From the NCBI GenBank assembly GCA_002269645.1, contig NIVC01000292.1, positions 372,001-436,000 of the forward strand: a stretch of 64,000 bases of DNA, read 5' to 3'. This document shows, piece by piece, positions 1 to 15,200 of this stretch. The DNA is from Macrostomum lignano (taxonomy: Eukaryota). The notes beneath the pieces were generated by a model. It searched no databases. It worked only from the letters and a program-made list of their open reading frames with translations, and had not been told where the DNA came from. The stretch's first letter is position 1; each line of letters begins with the position of its first letter. Both the position numbers and the translations under genes were made by a program.

Positions 1-370
<370 letters not shown>

Positions 371-391
371 TGATTGATTGATGCCAGTCAC

Positions 392-2088
392 CTGTAGGCC
401 TCCTCAGGCGCTGTTTGGCACAGAATGACGGCCTCCAGGAAGTCCATCAGGTAGGGCGGCAGCAGCTTGAAGGCCTGCTCGGTGCTCTCGGCCAGCACGT
501 CGGCGGCCAGGTCGTGGAAGTCGTGCTTGACGTACAGCAGCAGCAGGTTGCCCAGAGTCTCAGGCGGGAAGGACTCCTGCTGCATGAGGAACTGCAGCTT
601 CTGGAAACCAGCTGAAGCGTCCGTTTCCATGCCAACGAGGCCCAGGTTGTGCAGTGTGACGGCGTCCAGCTCCTGCTCAGAGCGCGGAGGCATGTCGGTG
701 AGGGCGTCCTGCGCCTGGGCGAAGTTGCGCCGGTTGAACTCGATGGCCGCCTTCAGGTTGAAGGCCTCCACCAGGGCGGTCTCGTGCAGCGTCAGGGAGT
801 TGCCGACGCTGCGCACCTCGATGCCTTCGGTTGCCATACCAACGCCGAGCTCCGGATGCTCGCGGATGCCCCTCTCGATGATGTCAGCGATGAGCTTCAG
901 GGCCTGGGCGTACTGGCGCAGTTGGTAATGGCAGACTGCCATGTTGTAGGCCAGGTCCGGGCGGAAGCTGGTCACCTGCGGCGGGAAAAGGCGGTGGTGG
1001 GGTGACCAGATTGGCTTACTGAAACTCTGGAGATAGTGAGGGAGGGCTTACTGAAACTCTGGAGATAGTGAGGGAGGGCTTAATGAAACTCTGGAGATAG
1101 TGAGGGAGAGCTTAATGAAACTCTGGAGATAGTGAGGGAGAGCTTAATGAAACTCTGGAGATAGTGAGGGAGGGCTTACTGAAACTCTGGAGATAGTGAG
1201 GGAGGGCTTACTGAAACTCTGGAGATAGTGAGGGAGGGCTTACTGAAACTCTGGAGATAGTGAGGGAGGGCTTACTGAAACTCTGGAGATAGTGAGGGAG
1301 GGCTTACTGAAACTCTGGAGATAGTGAGGGAGGGCTTACTGAAACTCTGGAGATAGTGAGGGAGGGCTTACTGAAACTCTGGAGATAGTGAGGGAGGGCT
1401 TACTGAAACTCTGGAGATAGTGAGGGAGGGCTTACTGAAACTCTGGAGATAGTGAGGGGCTTACTAAAACCCTGTAGATAAAGATAGTGATTGTTTACTC
1501 ACCTGCATAGCTTTGGTGAACTTGGCGCAGGCCTCCTGGTACTTGCCCTCCTTGAACAGCAGGCAGCCGAGGTTCACCTGCCTGTCCGGGTCGTCGGCCT
1601 GGCACTGGTCCACCAGCGCGCGGGCGCCGGTGAAGTCCTCCTCATCGTACTTGATTGCCGCCTCCAGCTTCAGCATCTGGCTTCGGTAGGCCGGCTCCTC
1701 GATCTGCGCCGCCACCTGCGGGATTCGAGTCGGTTGATTGACAGCAGCTATAATTAGCAGCTATAACTCATCTGCGCTGCATTGAAGATGAGGCGCTCAC
1801 CTTCATGGCCTGCTGGTAGAGACCGGCCTGATAGAGGCTCTGGGCAAAGTACAGCTGGTACTCCACGCAGTCGGGGCACAGCTGCGTGAGCCGCTCGTAG
1901 GAGTCGCTGGCGGAGACAAAGTCCTGCATCTGGTAGAAGCAATAGCCCAGCAGCGACAGCGCGGCCCGCGAGTCCGGGTACGTTGTGAGCTGCTGGTTGA
2001 CGGCGTTCACCGCCTCCTTGTAGCGGTGCTCCTTTATGTACGCATATATAGTGGACGTGAAATGTCCCTCTTTTATGCTGTGCGACAT
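392..2088 (-). CDS. TTC30: Tetratricopeptide repeat protein 30 / IFT70 (fleer, DYF-1), 5' part; gene continues off the left edge
   Basis: Exons 2088-1801, 1715-1503 and 975-392 with GT-AG boundaries (phases 0, 0, 2). Translation matches TTC30 motifs recalled from the human protein: [86 protein letters not shown]. Confidence 0.95.
1014..1465. repeat. 32-bp minisatellite, about 14 copies (TTC30 intron 2)
   Basis: Unit GAAACTCTGGAGATAGTGAGGGAGGGCTTACT in tandem. Confidence 0.95.
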
Positions 2089-3530
2089 TGACTGAAATGC
2101 AAATTAATATAAAATCAAGCAATTCTGCAGATGACTTACTTCCAGGTGTAATTACAATATTGCATTTTTTGTAATTTACCATATTAAGTTGGATGAAGAT
2201 TTCATAAGTATACTCAAACTGAAATACTCATTCATAAGTATGAGTAAATAAGTATATATAGTATATATATATGCATAACTTTATGCATAAAGCTCATGCA
2301 TAAAACATCAGATGAAATCGTATGTACTTATAAAGTGGGAAATGAGAAGGGAACTCAAAAATTATTTAAACATGTGTGATCAACTGAATAAATTAACTTC
2401 TGAATGATTTAAAACATACATTATTTTTTTTTTGGGTTTAGATAATGTGTTCAGAATAAATTTGTCCCTCCATTCGTAAAGCTGTCTGAATAAAAAATCC
2501 TGCTAAATTATTTCTATCGACAGATCAATAAAAATCTAGTGATTTGTAATCGATCTTGACTTGTAAAACTCCTCATGCAGATTGGTATAGCCAGACTGCC
2601 CAGACAGAAAGTATATTCTTGATTTTTTACTAATAATGTAATGAAAGAAATCCAACGATGATCAGAAGAAAATAATATGGTGAAATATTCACGAAAATTA
2701 CTTATACTTAGCAGTCTGTCGAGGCCAAGACCGCCCTACTTGTTCTCTGACAGCTGTTGTGTTAGTGTTTACAAATGAAACGCTGCCTGCAAGTACATTC
2801 TTGTTGGTTGTTAAAATATAAAATTGTGTAAAATTAAAATTATTTTCTAAAATACGTTATCATTTATTGCCATTTGTTATACTGAAGTTAATTTTAAGAA
2901 TAGATGAATGAGTAGAGCGCACAAATGGCACAGGCCATTTATTGAAAAAAGCCTCGAAATATTTGTGTTAAATTACCTATATCAAGCAAAACTTTCTCAT
3001 TTAAATATGGTTTTTAAGTAGTTTTTAAAATTAAAAACTTTTTTCTGACACTTAGTAGCACTTTTTGTTATACAATTTCACACCGATTTTTACTGCAAAT
3101 ATACTTTGATTAAACAGTACAAAACTTTAAAATTATCGTGAATGCGAATCAATTTTCTAAGAACTCGACTCTAGGCCCATGTTGCATATGAAAGACGTTC
3201 ATACGAAGACGTAGACACACACAAGCACAAGCTTCCTCCTTGTGCGTCATTCAGACGCGAATTCAGAAAAAAATTGAAAGGGTTACCTGAGTGTCAAACA
3301 CAAAACTTACAGGTCAGGTGTTTGATTCCTATGTGGTCGGTGGTGACCTCTCAGTCCTTGGACTAAACATCCATCCATATGCATCCTTTAGATGCCTTTT
3401 AATAGCTATAGGGGCCTAGCTAAGCTGTTAGTTACATATCTGGCCTAATTGGGGCATGTATTATAATCAATGATCAATAATAATTATTATTGTTTAATAA
3501 TTGTCTTAAGTTAGTAAACTATTATTTATA

Positions 3531-4359
3531 CGAGGGGTGTCCCAAAAGTTCCCGGAATGTCTAACGTAGCTCTTCAACAGAGCCATGAAATTTCACGCCC
3601 ATGGTGTCAAATGAAAGGAAATTTTGTCACAAAGAATACAAAGTTAAAATCATGTTGATATCTTTTTTTATTCAAGAGCTACAGCAAGAAACTTGCGCAA
3701 AGGTCAGGTGTAGTGTTACACAACCTCAACAATCTATGGCAATAATTTTTTCATCTCCATTTTTGGAGTTTTTCATTTTGAATTCATTCACAGCAGACTG
3801 GCCATCTCTAAAGCGTTCGATCCATCCGTAAATTGCAGTTTTTTTCAGGCTGTTCTCACCGTGGATAGAGAATAAGTGGTTAGAAATCTTGGCTCCACTC
3901 CATCACTACTGACCAAAGGGCAAAAACTTGACTTCGCTGACTTTCAAGGCTCTGAAAAGAACTCATTTTCGCAAAGAAATTTCAAGTTGAAAGCAAGCGC
4001 TTGGTACAAATTATTTGCACTCGCGCAAAAGCTCAGATTAGCTTTATGAGCATTTCTCCTTTTTCCATAGACACTACCATGTCTTTCTGACACGTCAGTA
4101 GCACAAATTCAAAATGAAAAACTCCAAAAATGGAGATGAAAAAATTATTGCCATAGATTGTTGAGGTTGTGTAACACTACCCCTGACCTTTGCGCAAGTT
4201 TCTTGCTGTAGCTCTTGAATAAAAAAAGATATCAACATGATTTTAACTTTGTATTCTTTGTGACAAAATTTCCTTTCATTTGACACCATGGGCGTGAAAT
4301 TTCATGGCTCTGTTGAAGAGCTACGTTAGACATTCCGGGAACTTTTGGGACACCCCTCG
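3531..4359. mobile_element. Tc1/mariner-type non-autonomous element (MITE), 829 bp, about 254-bp TIRs
   Basis: 3531-3784 is the near-perfect reverse complement of 4106-4359. Ends are CGAGGGGTGT...ACACCCCTCG, flanked by TA on both sides. No transposase ORF. Confidence 0.88.
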
Positions 4360-4741
4360 TAGTTGTAGCAAATATGATTTTTTTATTTGACTTGGTAAGA
4401 CTAGTCTAGACTATATATATATATTATAATTACTATTAGACCTAGTTGTAAGTTTTTGTTTGTTAGTTGTAATAAACATAATCTAAATTTATTTGCAAAT
4501 TTATATCCATCTATCCAGTTTTGGCAAATTGTTTATATACTTCTATTAATCCTAATACAGTTTTTATTATCAATTTTTCAAATATAATACCTAAGCCTTA
4601 GATAAGGTATAGATATTAAGGGCTATTAAAGCATTTAGGGTAAGGTTAAGAATTAGAATTTTTTTATTTAATTCTTTGGTTTTATTACAAGTATTTAAAG
4701 CTATACATATTTTATTCAAAGTTAAACTTACCTGTTTTGTA

Positions 4742-4900
4742 ATCTCTACATATAAAAATCAAAACTCTGTGTGTCTGTCTGTGTGTCTGTGGACAATTTT
4801 GATCGCTATGGACTCCCAAACTGCTTAACCAAATTACACCAAACTTTACACCCACCCTAAACTTACTATGGAGAATGTCTTAGGCTACTTTTAAATTTGT
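4742..4900 (+). mobile_element. Possible Helitron-like 5' terminal fragment
   Basis: A|TCTCTACATATAAAAA followed by a GTCT/GTGT microrepeat and ACTGCTTAACCAAATTACACCAAACTT resembles invertebrate non-autonomous Helitron 5' ends as I recall them. No 3' hairpin or CTAG end was found. Confidence 0.3.
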
Positions 4901-5959
4901 TAAATTTGAGTCTTCTCACCTAAGAGTGCAAAAAACTGCTCAAAATGCCCAATTTTTTCACTAAATCCTCCATAGCGCCGCTCCACTTCTATTGACCCTC
5001 TTCAAATTTGATATGAACAATCTTCAACTATTTTGACACAATCGTGTAAAATTTCCGAGTCTCAAAGTCAATCCTGAATGGCGCTATGCACTTTTAAAGT
5101 TAGTCTGCTTTTTTTAGCGAGACAGCCACCCCAACCTCCACCCGCTTGCCTCTCTTTCCCAATCTGGGCCCAGATGTGTAAAAGGGTTTAAAAATTAACT
5201 AACTTTCAGCTGCCATAAGTTTGCTCCACATAAAGCGATTAACTTCAAACTTGACACAATTCTTCATTGACCCATTCTCTATCTAAATGTAAAGTTTCAA
5301 CTCTGTAACTCAACCGAAAAAGAAACTGTAAGCATGTGAAGTTTGTCTGCTTTTTTTGTTGTTTGTGCCACTCACTCACTCATTCCCCCAGAGCCAGATG
5401 AAGGGTCAGGCGATAGGACTGAATGTACATAGCAAATGTACAGTGTTTTGGAATAACTTTATTTATAGCCTTCTCGCAATCTTGCACCCCGAGAGTGGAG
5501 AGGCTACATTTAGCCATAACAGTTTAGTGAGAAATTCTAACCACTGCCCTCCTCTCTGTATAGGCAAACTCTGTAGCAGTTTAACAGTGGATGGCAATTG
5601 GCAAATCGAGGCAATCCAGAATGGTTTGTAAAAGCGAAATATTTATGAAAAGGCAATGCAATGCAATGAAATACAACCCTACTAAATTAGGCACACCATG
5701 GAAATTTTAAGTTTCTCTTAAAAGTACTTTGAAATTTAAATGGCCTAAGAAATGCATATTTTCTTGGTTGTTAGACTGATGCAGACTGCAGTGGAGCTGA
5801 AGATACACAAATTCCTTTCAGGGCTGCAAATTGGCAAGAAAGATGATGTGATCAAAGCATGAGAATAACGATGAGAGTAGTACGTCCCACAAACTGGCTT
5901 TCGAAGCAGGGATCGGCAGACTTTTAGTTCAAAAGCCAGATAAAGAATCCAGCTTATGT

Positions 5960-7580
<1,621 letters not shown>

Positions 7581-8530
7581 AGAAATTTTAAAGGATCCAA
7601 GGGACCTAGGGTCCAGAGAGGCCAGAGTTTGCCAATACATGTTTTAGAGTCAGACAGACAGACATTGCCTGACATTCTGTGAAGTACCCCAGCCAACAAT
7701 ATCAATGTTTGCTTCAAATCCTAATTTTACACGAATGTGTCCATTTTATGTCTACCTCTATCCTACTAACTATTAACAAGTTTTTGTTTGTGTATGACCT
7801 TAGATTTCAGAATACATGCAAAAGTAGTTCCGGGGATTGGAATTCCCTGGGTTCAAAATCCGCGGGTTTCAACAGCTTGTTTATTATATAAATGTCTTAA
7901 ATTGACCAAAGCCAAGGACCTGTATATAAAAATATTAGGATAAATTATCCTATATTCTTTGCTAAACTTCTTATCAAACAACAGTTTTTAATTTAGTTAT
8001 TTTCTTATTTTATAATACCAATTGTTTTGTATCTAAAGTTTTTAATTTTGATATTCATTTTTTATATTTCAGCTTATTTGTTTTTATGTTTTTAGTTAGG
8101 GGACTAAGGTTATAAATAATAAGTATAAGAGAAATAACAAATGGTTGCCTTAGCAAATTAACTAGCAACTATCTATATCTAGAACTGGCTAGATCCAAGG
8201 TCACCTAGCCAAAACAAGTGTGCAGGAATCACATAATCATCAGAATCCCAGTGCCATTCACACCCTAGATCCAAATTTAAAAATTCTATATTTAAAACCT
8301 AGATGCTAGCTAAGACCAGTCATTAAGTTCAAAATCAAATTAAATACAAACATTTCTACTTTATATTTTATATTGCTGAGCCTCTGACCTACAAAGAAGT
8401 TTTAGAAGTATTCAAACTCCTTATTTACAGATTAATTGAATTTGACAATTGATAGATACAAGTCTTCAAATCCCTTTATTGGAGTTTTTATTGTATTGCT
8501 GAGCTGCATATGCCTTACAGAGCTGATGTC

Positions 8531-11024
8531 ATGGACTCGGCCGCCCTGCTGCCCATCGACATCCAGAGCAACAAGCTCACCGACTGGCTGGTCAGCCGCC
8601 GCATCTGCGACCGCCACTGGCTGCGGGACGCTGCCGAGGTTCGCCGGCGCATCGCCCAGCTGGCCGCCTCCGACAGCCTCGGCCAGGAGGGCGTCAGCGC
8701 CGAGCTGCAGGCCGCGCTGCGCCAGCCGCAGATTCACTACTGGCATTGCGACCGCATCGCCGAGGCGCTGAAGAAGCTCGATTCCGCCAACAAGTCCTTC
8801 CTGTTCGGCTACTCGTCTGCCGTCATCCGCGAGCTCGATGCCATTCTCAAAATATACAGGTCACTCAGTCAGTCAGTCAGTCAGTCAGTCAGTCAGTCAG
8901 TCAGTCAGTGAGTTAGTCAGTCAGTCAGTCAGTCAGTCAGTCAGTCAGTCAGTCAGTCAGTCAGTCAGTCAGCCAGTCAGTCAGTCAGTCAGTCAGTCAG
9001 TCAGTCAGTCAGTCAGCCAGTCAGTCAGTCAGTCAGTCAGTCAGTCAGTCAGCCAGTCAGTCAGTCAGCCAGTCAGTCAGTCAGCCAGTCAGTCAGTCAG
9101 TCAGTCAGTCAGCCCATGCATTCCAGACGAGGCAGCTGCTACGTGGCGGACGCCAGCCGGCTGCTCACCAAGCTGGTGCAGGAGGAGGCGCCGCTGTTGA
9201 AGCGCCAATCGGAGCGCACAAGGCGGCGCCAGGCGGAATGCGAGCGGCGCAAAGGTGAACTGGCCGCCTCTGGCGCCGAGGCCAGGTAAGGAGAGCCCTG
9301 GACGGGAGAGAAGAGAAGGAGATAGGACAGGGAGGGAGGGAGGGAGGAGAGGGGAGGGAGAGAGGAGAGGGGAGGGAGAGAGGAGAGGGGAGGGAGAGAG
9401 GAGAGGGGAGGGAGAGATGAGAGAGGAGAAGGGAAGCAGAAATGAGAGGAGAGGAGGCGGAACCAAATTTATCACTCAGTACGGTAAAGTTAAAGCTGTC
9501 TGGCCCGCGGGCCGGAGTTAACCGACTCGGAGCAACTTTTCAACTTAATAAATCGATCTGTGAGTTAAACAACAGGTTAACTAACAATGTGACTCTACTA
9601 GGAGAGCTCTGGAGTCACTGTTGACTGCACATCTCCCTTCCACAACACCGCAGGGCAAAGTTCGCGGCGCTCTGCCGCCAGTTCGGCTTGGCGAGCGCGG
9701 CGGACTCGGACAGCTCCGGTGGTCAGCAGCTGCCGCTGGCGCGGGTGCGCGCCGAGCTCATCGCGCAGGCGGAGGCGCTGCCCAACTGGTTCGATGGCGC
9801 CTGCATGGAGGCGGTCCGGGGCCTCGCCGACGCGCTGCGGCTGTACGCGGAGTTCCTGCGGCAGACGGGCGGCGCGCCGGAGTCGCCGCTGTGCCCGACG
9901 CTCGGCTACCTGCTGGCCAGCGGCAACACCACGCAGTACGAGTTCGCGCTGGGCCGGCCGCCGGCCAGGGTCGAGCCGTTCCGCATGGCGCTGCCCGCCG
10001 AGTTCGACTGCCCGGCCGCCGGGGACGCCGCCGGCGACGGCGACTCCACTGCCGGCGACGACTCGGGCGGCATCGACTTTGGCGACGATATCGACTTCTC
10101 CGCCGTTGACGAGGCTGCTGGCATCGACTTCTCCGGGATTGAGATTGCCGACTCGGAGGACCAGCTGGGCGCCGCGACCGCTGATGCCGGCGAAGGTCTC
10201 GAGGGAGACGGTGTGGCGCGGGGTGAACAGGTCAGTCTGCGATGATTTTCCGAGTCCAGTTAGCGGTTTTCTGATTCTCGCGCCACACGACCGCTGCTGG
10301 TTTGCGGGGGGGCCAAATTCAGTTCGGAACTTGTGTGCGCGAAAATTGGCCTGGAGTTGTCGTGAGATTCGCAGCCAACCCCCAAGGCACAGAGAGTGTA
10401 CAGTACTGTACAGTACAGTGTACTCTACAGTGTACAGAGAGTGTACAGTTGTTTAAATATTTCCCTGTTTGGCAACAATTCAAATTAAGAATTTAATTTC
10501 CCGCGCCCATCCGCCGCAATTCACAGGCGCGGTCGGTGCTGGACACTCTGGACCTTCGGGAGCGTCTGCTCGATGATCTGCACGAGCTGGACGCCTTCTA
10601 CAGCCGGCTGGGCCAGGAGCTCGCCGACCACTCCAACTGCGTCAGCCAGGCCGTGCTCTCCGCCTCCTCTGCCGTCGGTGAGATCGCAGCGGCCGAGCCG
10701 GGCAGCCGGGCCCGCGCCCTGATTGGTCAGCTGACGGAGCCCAGCCGGCAGCACCTCATGCTCACCAGGTCCTCGCCGGCCTACCTCAGCCGCCTGCTGC
10801 AGCGCTTCTCCAGCCTGCGCGATCAGGCCGACAAGGCGGCCGCGGCCTCCAAACTGCTGGAGCAGCGCCGGCGAGAGTCCGAGGACGAAGAGCGAGACTT
10901 GGAGCAGCAGCTGGCGGCGCTGCGAGCCCAGATCAAGGAGCTGAAGAAGCTGATTGAGTCCGAGATCTCGCAGCGCTGCGACAATCGGCGGGTAAACATC
11001 ATGGGCGAGGTGAATGCGGTGTGA
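8531..11024 (+). CDS. CDK5RAP3: CDK5 regulatory subunit-associated protein 3 (C53/LZAP; UFMylation adaptor), about 520 aa
   Basis: Exons 8531-8859, 9127-9285, 9654-10230 and 10527-11024 (1563 nt, in frame, phases 2, 2, 0). Motifs LPIDIQSNKLTDWLVSRR, IHYWHC, acidic IDFG/IDFS repeats and the C-terminal LIESEISQRCDNRRVNIMG match the family. Confidence 0.93.
8865..9111. repeat. (CAGT)n microsatellite filling CDK5RAP3 intron 1
   Basis: Tract starts 5 nt after the donor and ends about 15 nt before the acceptor. Confidence 0.97.
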
Positions 11025-12295
11025 CATTCAGTGCTAGACTGATGCACAGCTGCTTGGTGTGGACAATCTTAGTTGCTGTGTCATCAATCCCAGAAGAAGC
11101 TTGATTGAAAGAGACGTTTCTCATATTTATCATTCTGAGATTTCATGGTTATAAATTATTCTAATCTGCTTTGGTGTCGGGCAGCTTTAGTTTTTGTCTT
11201 CTGATGTTGCATGGTGGGTACAGATATTATCAAACAAAAATATGTTTATGCTTTGCTGTTTGTGCCGCCCCTGTGATCGGATTGTATTGTCAGCGTTAAA
11301 TATAGCATTCATTATTATTATAGTCTGTCTTTTGTGGGTGGTTTACGCGATAAAAGAAATTTTTATGTTTGCTTGAATGTTATGCGGTCTTTCTTGCATC
11401 AATTTAGAAATTATTTCTACTTCCTTTGTTGATGTAGCTGCTGCTTATGAAAATCGATATAAAGGTGTCATCTTCTACCGTATGAAGGGTATATACATGT
11501 ATCTTTATGCTTACTGAAATGGTTATTATTGAGGCTACCTGAAATTTGAAATCGAGAAAATTATAACGGCGATCTCAATGCTATGCAATTTTAGAATAGC
11601 ATATACACGTACAATAGCGGTATGCGAGTGTGCATGTAAAAATATGCAATCACCAGTCCGTAATAACTGGAACACTGGAGCTGCTTGTACATTATAAATT
11701 TTTAAGTGCACTCATATTTTTAGATCTGTTGAATAGCAAAAAAACTGATTAAATCTACGACTGTGCGTCACTACCACATGTACGCATCTATATCCACCAT
11801 GTACATGAGCCATGCAGGTTTTTGAGCTAGAAAACCAAGCTTAAGAACAATCAGTGGTAGAGAATTTAGTGATAGAAGAGGCCCCATAAAATTAGGAACA
11901 GTCTAAACAATAATTGATTCATATAGTACATAGATCAACATTGAGTTTTGTAAGTACGCTGCGTCGGTCCCGTGGGCCAGCACCAATTCAAAGTCAAGAC
12001 TCATCATTTGAAGGCTGGTACCGTGATTATTTGACGGCATATTTAATCCTTATTTGCCTTAATTTAGTGTTGACATGAGTTTTATCGATGAGATCCTATA
12101 TACTAAAAATGAAAATATGTTCTAAATGCTCGATATGTTTCTGTTTTGGTGAATTTTGCAGCGACTTCGTTATTTCGGTAAAACGTAATCAGGCCAGACG
12201 CCGTAAAAAACGTTCTTAGAAACGAAATACAAGTTAATCGCCAAAATTGGTTTTGCTTATACCTTAACGTGTTTTTTTCAGTACAGTAGTAACAC

Positions 12296-15200
12296 ATGAC
12301 AGATCAAGAGATGAAGCGAACAAAGAAAAATAAACTATCGATTAAAATATCTACATATGATGCTGATGTGGAATTTGATGTTAAGGTAAGGCTTCTGATG
12401 CCAATGATGTATAGTATGCACTTAAAATTTAAGTCCTTTAACCCAAGAATTTTTTTCCTAAAGAACAGTTTTAAATATACTCTTTTAAAGTTTGATTTTA
12501 GATTAGATTAGATTAATTTAAATTTCAGTTATGATAGTTTGCAAAATTTTTGACAATGATAAATAAATTTTATATTCTAGGATAGAACCTTGCCATTAAC
12601 TTTTAAATAAGGTTTTTTCTAGGATAAATGCTCATTTAATCAATTTTTACTGTATTTCCTTGTTGGTTTTCTAAAATCCTATATATCAATTAAGATCTAA
12701 TCATAATAGTAATAAAATATAATTTCTGGACACTATTTGTATTTATATTAGCTTAATTTTTACTTATGTATTTTATTTTTTTATTGAAGATAAATATTTT
12801 CCTAGTTTATATCATAGCATATTATAGCATATTAAATTTAAATTTGGTGATTTGATTTAGGCTTAGATACTAAATTGGTATCCCTATTGGAATAAGTTTC
12901 AAAAACCCATGGATGCCAACATGGGTGACAAAATTGTGCCCTCAAAAGCGCGACGCAACACCAAATTTTGTTGACTAGGGGGCAGCGACGCGTGACACAA
13001 CACCAGTGTCTGTTGACTGAATGACCGGGGGGGATGAAACAGCGTTCCTTTCAATTTCGCGGTAAAAGAAATGAAATTTAAAAACAATAAAAAGTAAAAC
13101 AACAAAGGTATAGCAGTTAGAAAAACAGCGCACATGTTGTAACTAACAAGTGACATTTCTAAAAATTATATTTGAAGTATTAGTTACTTCACCATCAAAA
13201 TAAAAAAAACAATTCAAAAACTAGTTACTATCAAACATGTTTGAAACATTTAAATACTGAGAAACAAGTCCATGAATAGATTACAATGAAATGCAGTTTG
13301 CAAGGTTTTGGCTGCAGATCCAGGCTGCAACGCGACACATGATGATTCCAGCTGCCAAGTTGCCACACTATCGCGTAACACGACACACCACTTGACACCA
13401 CTGTTGTGCGACACGACACCAGGAAAATCTGAAAATGCGACAAATGGTCATCTGCATTTTGTCAATTTATTCCAATAGGGATTGGCATCTAGTCTTTTAA
13501 AGCTTGATCAGTGACAGATCTAGGATATTTATAATAGGTTATAGTTCAGACTTACCTTTGAAAAAATATGACCAATATTTTGGTCAGTTGACCAAAAACA
13601 GTTGACCAATTTTTTAGTATATGCCAATGTATACTAAATACATTACCTTACATACAAATCTATACAAGCTGTCAATTTTGAAGTTTGACTATTTAGACTA
13701 ATGTTTTTAATATTTAATTTAAATTAGACAAAGTTAATATTAAAAATAATAATTTTATTTGTATAAAGTCCCTTGTCCAGAAGGTGGCCTTTTCTGGCAT
13801 ATTTTTGCTCTTGCTGACAATCTTGGCATACACTTGGCATATAGAATTTTCAGGTTCAACATAAAGTATACACAGTTGGCATACAAAAAATAGCCAAGTT
13901 CAAGGCTAATATAATTGTGCAGTTAAATATCAACCAACATCAAAATCTCTTTAAAAATAATCAGAAACTAAAATAGAAGATATTAATGCAATCATGAAGA
14001 AGTCAAAATTAAAACAAAAAATATCAGTTTTGAGCAAAAAATGGCTATTTTGAAGTTTAATAAAAGTTTTGAATTCCTAAAAATATATATTTCTGTTGGC
14101 ATAAAATTGAAAAAAACATGAATTTTCATTCCGGCATACACCTGCCATAATCTGGACTATGGTATAAAGTTTCATTTATTAGGGACTCTGACAAGCTAAA
14201 AAACAGCCAAAAGTTGTGGAAAAATGTAAAATAGTTCCTATCATAAAATTGAAATAGAGCCAGTGTGCAAACAAACCAGAAAAAAACTGAAATATACGCT
14301 GCAAACTAAACAAAAAGTGGAACACAATAGTTGTTAAACTATCTTAAAATATGCAACATAAGCCAAGTTATTTTAGATGGAAGTTTGGCTAGGCTTACTT
14401 TTTGGTAGAAAACCAAAGTGAGGATGCAAATTAAAAAAACCAATGTTTTGGAAAATTGAAATTTAGAGTAAATTAAGCCCATTTAAACACAAATAAAGAC
14501 CAGATATGAGTAGATTAGCAAATAAAGTGTGTTCTAAGACAAAACAGCAGCAAATTTTTTCCTAATATCCCTTTTTGGCTAGTGGAAATTTTGTTTTCTT
14601 TTTAAAAACCCTTCTAACAACAGCAAGGATTCAATGTGTTTGGTTTTAAACAGGGTCTTGTGGAGTGTATCGATTGCAATTAACACATCCAAAAAATGTG
14701 TTCTTGCAGAGCAGTTTCTCAGGTTGTCATTTTTGCACTACATGTAAATGTCCATAAGCAATTTAAAAAATAGCATTTTTCATTATGGAAAAGAAGCAAC
14801 AAAGTTTTGAGAAATCTGTCTCTAGCATAGACTTCATATCTAAATACAATGCAATAATCAGTTTGTGTGTAAAGTGTCTTGTATGGGTGTTTTTTGCATT
14901 TGAAGTTTTTTTAAGCTACTGACAGTAGAAAAATGAGCATTTTTACTATTTTTTGCAAGAGAGCAAGTGTTTATTTTTTTACTTTCTTTTTTCTTCTGTT
15001 TTATTATCCAAAATGGCATGCAAACAAGAGGAAACAATGATCTCATTGCCAGATCTTCCTACAACCCCAATAATGGTACTGATGGTTTGGGTAAATGGCA
15101 GGAGTAAATACCTCGTCATCTAATTAGTACTCCTTTACTAATTTAGAGTTCTAATTAGATGGGAATTTTTGCAACTTGCCAGACAGCTAGATAGGCTTGG

